From a virus (taxonomy: Duplodnaviria; Heunggongvirae; Uroviricota; Caudoviricetes): a stretch of 8,544 bases of DNA. Position 1 is the first letter of the stretch, and each line of letters opens with the position of its first letter. Shown here one piece after another: positions 7,204-8,544 of the stretch. The notes beneath the pieces are model-generated. The model made no database searches. It worked only from the letters and a program-made list of their open reading frames with translations, and was not told the origin of the DNA. Location of the stretch: positions 1 to 8,544 of IMG/VR virus record IMGVR_UViG_648276648_000007. One strand, 5' to 3'. A program made the position numbers and the translations under genes.

Positions 7204-7722
7204 GTTACCTAATATGTTAGATCAAAAAAAATTAATTTTTGCGTTTCGCTCACCACATATTGAACACTTTAGTCGATCTTTTAATTCTTCCAGAGTCAAT
7301 CCTGAAGCTACATATTGTTTAATATCTCTTCTTTATTGCATATTCAGAGGGTAAAGATATACACATACTAAAATGAATTAGCTTAGCTCGTTATTAATCA
7401 GGATTCGATGAGACCGCTCCATTTTAGGGAATAACATTTATAACTAAAACACATCGTCTTTAACTCTCACAATATAGATTCAATTTAATACCCAATCGGC
7501 AGTAATTAATTTGATTCTAATTTTTAAGTAGATTTCAAGTCTACATCCATTAAAGCCCTGTTAATTAACAGGCTATCTATTTTTGACAGTTATTATTTTT
7601 GTGATAATTTAATTGTTTGTCTTTTGTGCTTATTTTTGATTGTTTTTTGATCTATTTTGTCAATTTTTATTCTGTGAATTGAGTTTTTTCTAATAGTCCA
7701 TTGGGTTTTCAAGGCTATTATT

Positions 7723-7738
7723 TGTGATTTTGATCACA
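7723..7738. promoter_or_regulatory. Consensus CRP (cAMP receptor protein) binding site
   Basis: TGTGA-TTTTGA-TCACA matches the TGTGA-N6-TCACA consensus exactly, with arms extendable to 7 bp (TTTGTGA / TCACAAA, 7721-7740). It lies about 120 bp upstream of the porin ATG, near a candidate -35 TTGAAA (7767-7772) and -10 ATAAAC (7789-7794). Confidence 0.5.
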
Positions 7739-7850
7739 AAAATACCTTGATTTTTATTTGCAAAACTTGAAACACGAATCCAAAAAAGATAAACATTTGT
7801 CCGCAGTGACTTCTTTTCTACTGAAAAGTTCAATCTAAAGGGCAAAAAAA

Positions 7851-8192
7851 ATGAAAAAAATCACAGTGGCACTCTCTGCGGTTGCAGCATCTGTCCTGAT
7901 GGCAATGTCTGCGCAAGCAGCTGAAATCTACAACAAAGACGGTAATAAACTGGATCTGTACGGCAAAGTTAACGCAGAACATTACTTCTCTTCTTCAGCT
8001 AGTGATGACGGAGATAAGACTTATGCTCGTCTGGGATTCAAAGGTGAAACTCAGATTAATGACCAGTTAACCGGTTTTGGTCAGTGGGAGTACGAATTTA
8101 AAGGTAACCGTACTGAATCTGAGGGCTCTGATAAAGATAAAACTCGTCTTGCATTTGCTGGCCTCCGTTTTGCTGATTATGGTTCAATCGAC
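7851..8192 (+). pseudogene. nmpC: General porin of the NmpC/OmpD/Lc (OmpC/OmpF superfamily) type; 5' fragment of 114 codons, interrupted by IS26
   Basis: Signal peptide [23 protein letters not shown], then the classic mature porin N-terminus [17 protein letters not shown]...[26 protein letters not shown]...[17 protein letters not shown]. The frame then runs 8 codons into IS26 (GTVANSRW) and stops. The symbol is tentative: the signal peptide most resembles NmpC/Lc as I remember them. Confidence 0.85.
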
Positions 8193-8206
8193 GGCACTGT
8201 TGCAAA
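8193..8206. repeat. IS26 14-bp terminal inverted repeat (IRL)
   Basis: GGCACTGTTGCAAA at the exact point where the porin reading frame is broken. Confidence 0.9.
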
Positions 8207-8255
8207 TAGTCGGTGGTGATAAACTTATCATCCCCTTTTGCTGATGGAGCTGCAC

Positions 8256-8544
8256 ATGAACCCATTCAAAGGCCGGCATTTTCAGCGTGACATCATTCTG
8301 TGGGCCGTACGCTGGTACTGCAAATACGGCATCAGTTACCGTGAGCTGCAGGAGATGCTGGCTGAACGCGGAGTGAATGTCGATCACTCCACGATTTACC
8401 GCTGGGTTCAGCGTTATGCGCCTGAAATGGAAAAACGGCTGCGCTGGTACTGGCGTAACCCTTCCGATCTTTGCCCGTGGCACATGGATGAAACCTACGT
8501 GAAGGTCAATGGCCGCTGGGCGTATCTGTACCGGCCGTCGACAG
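8256..8544 (+). CDS. tnpA: IS26 transposase Tnp26 (DDE, IS6 family), N-terminal 96 codons, truncated by the window edge
   Basis: Translation MNPFKGRHFQRDIILWAVRWYCKYGISYRELQEMLAERGVNVDHSTIYRWVQRYAPEMEKRLRWYWRNPSDLCPWHMDETYVKVNGRWAYLYR matches Tnp26. The last codons read PST rather than the AVDS I recall (see findings). Confidence 0.9.
   Translation, partial: MNPFKGRHFQRDIILWAVRWYCKYGISYRELQEMLAERGVNVDHSTIYRWVQRYAPEMEKRLRWYWRNPSDLCPWHMDETYVKVNGRWAYLYRPST

Larger units (their letters stand above)
7110..7850 (+). promoter_or_regulatory. About 740 bp AT-rich non-coding region upstream of the porin gene
   Basis: No ORF of 60 aa or more on either strand; visibly much lower GC than the flanking genes; contains palindromes and phased T-tracts; RBS AAAGGG lies 8 nt before the porin ATG. 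Confidence 0.55.
8193..8544 (+). mobile_element. IS26 (IS6 family), left end, partial; continues beyond the window
   Basis: GGCACTGTTGCAAATAGTCGGTGGTGATAAACTTATCATCCCCTTTTGCTGATGGAGCTGCACATGAACCC... is the IS26 left end as I remember it, followed by the Tnp26 N-terminus. Confidence 0.95.

Noticed and set aside
8193-8219. Last 8 codons (GTVANSRW) of the 122-aa porin ORF in the track
   Set aside because: These residues are encoded by the IS26 terminal repeat and are not part of the porin; the true porin fragment ends at 8192.
8184-8483. 99-aa minus-strand ORF
   Set aside because: Antisense to the IS26 transposase gene, whose identity is unambiguous.
1-8544. CRISPR arrays, tRNA or rRNA genes, integron attC sites
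   Set aside because: No regularly spaced direct repeats, no cloverleaf-like conserved tRNA motifs, and no rRNA-like segments were seen on either strand.

Overview
No searches were run; every homology statement below comes from reading motifs and from remembered family knowledge. The window reads as the invertase-proximal part of a P1-family phage or phage-plasmid late region, joined to an AT-rich porin locus that IS26 has cut. Left to right: (1) a minus-strand tail-fibre variable cassette with no start codon, running off the left edge (1-429); (2) a 26-bp Cin/Gin-type crossover site (412-437) overlapping the 3' end of (3) a Cin-family serine DNA invertase (429-989, minus); (4) a rightward, tightly coupled eight-gene operon (1117-7109) with two paralogous two-TM holin-like proteins, a membrane-anchored 147-aa protein, Hdf-like, DarA-like (639 aa) and DdrA-like proteins, then an uncharacterised 562-aa HExxH protein and a 103-aa poly-Asp acidic protein; (5) about 740 bp of AT-rich non-coding DNA (7110-7850) with a CRP palindrome, a perfect 16-bp palindrome and phased T-tracts; (6) the first 114 codons of an NmpC/OmpD/Lc-type porin (7851-8192); (7) the left end of IS26 (IRL at 8193, transposase from 8256 to the window end). 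The best candidate for an undescribed system is the two-gene module at 5120-7109. No rRNA, tRNA or CRISPR array was seen.
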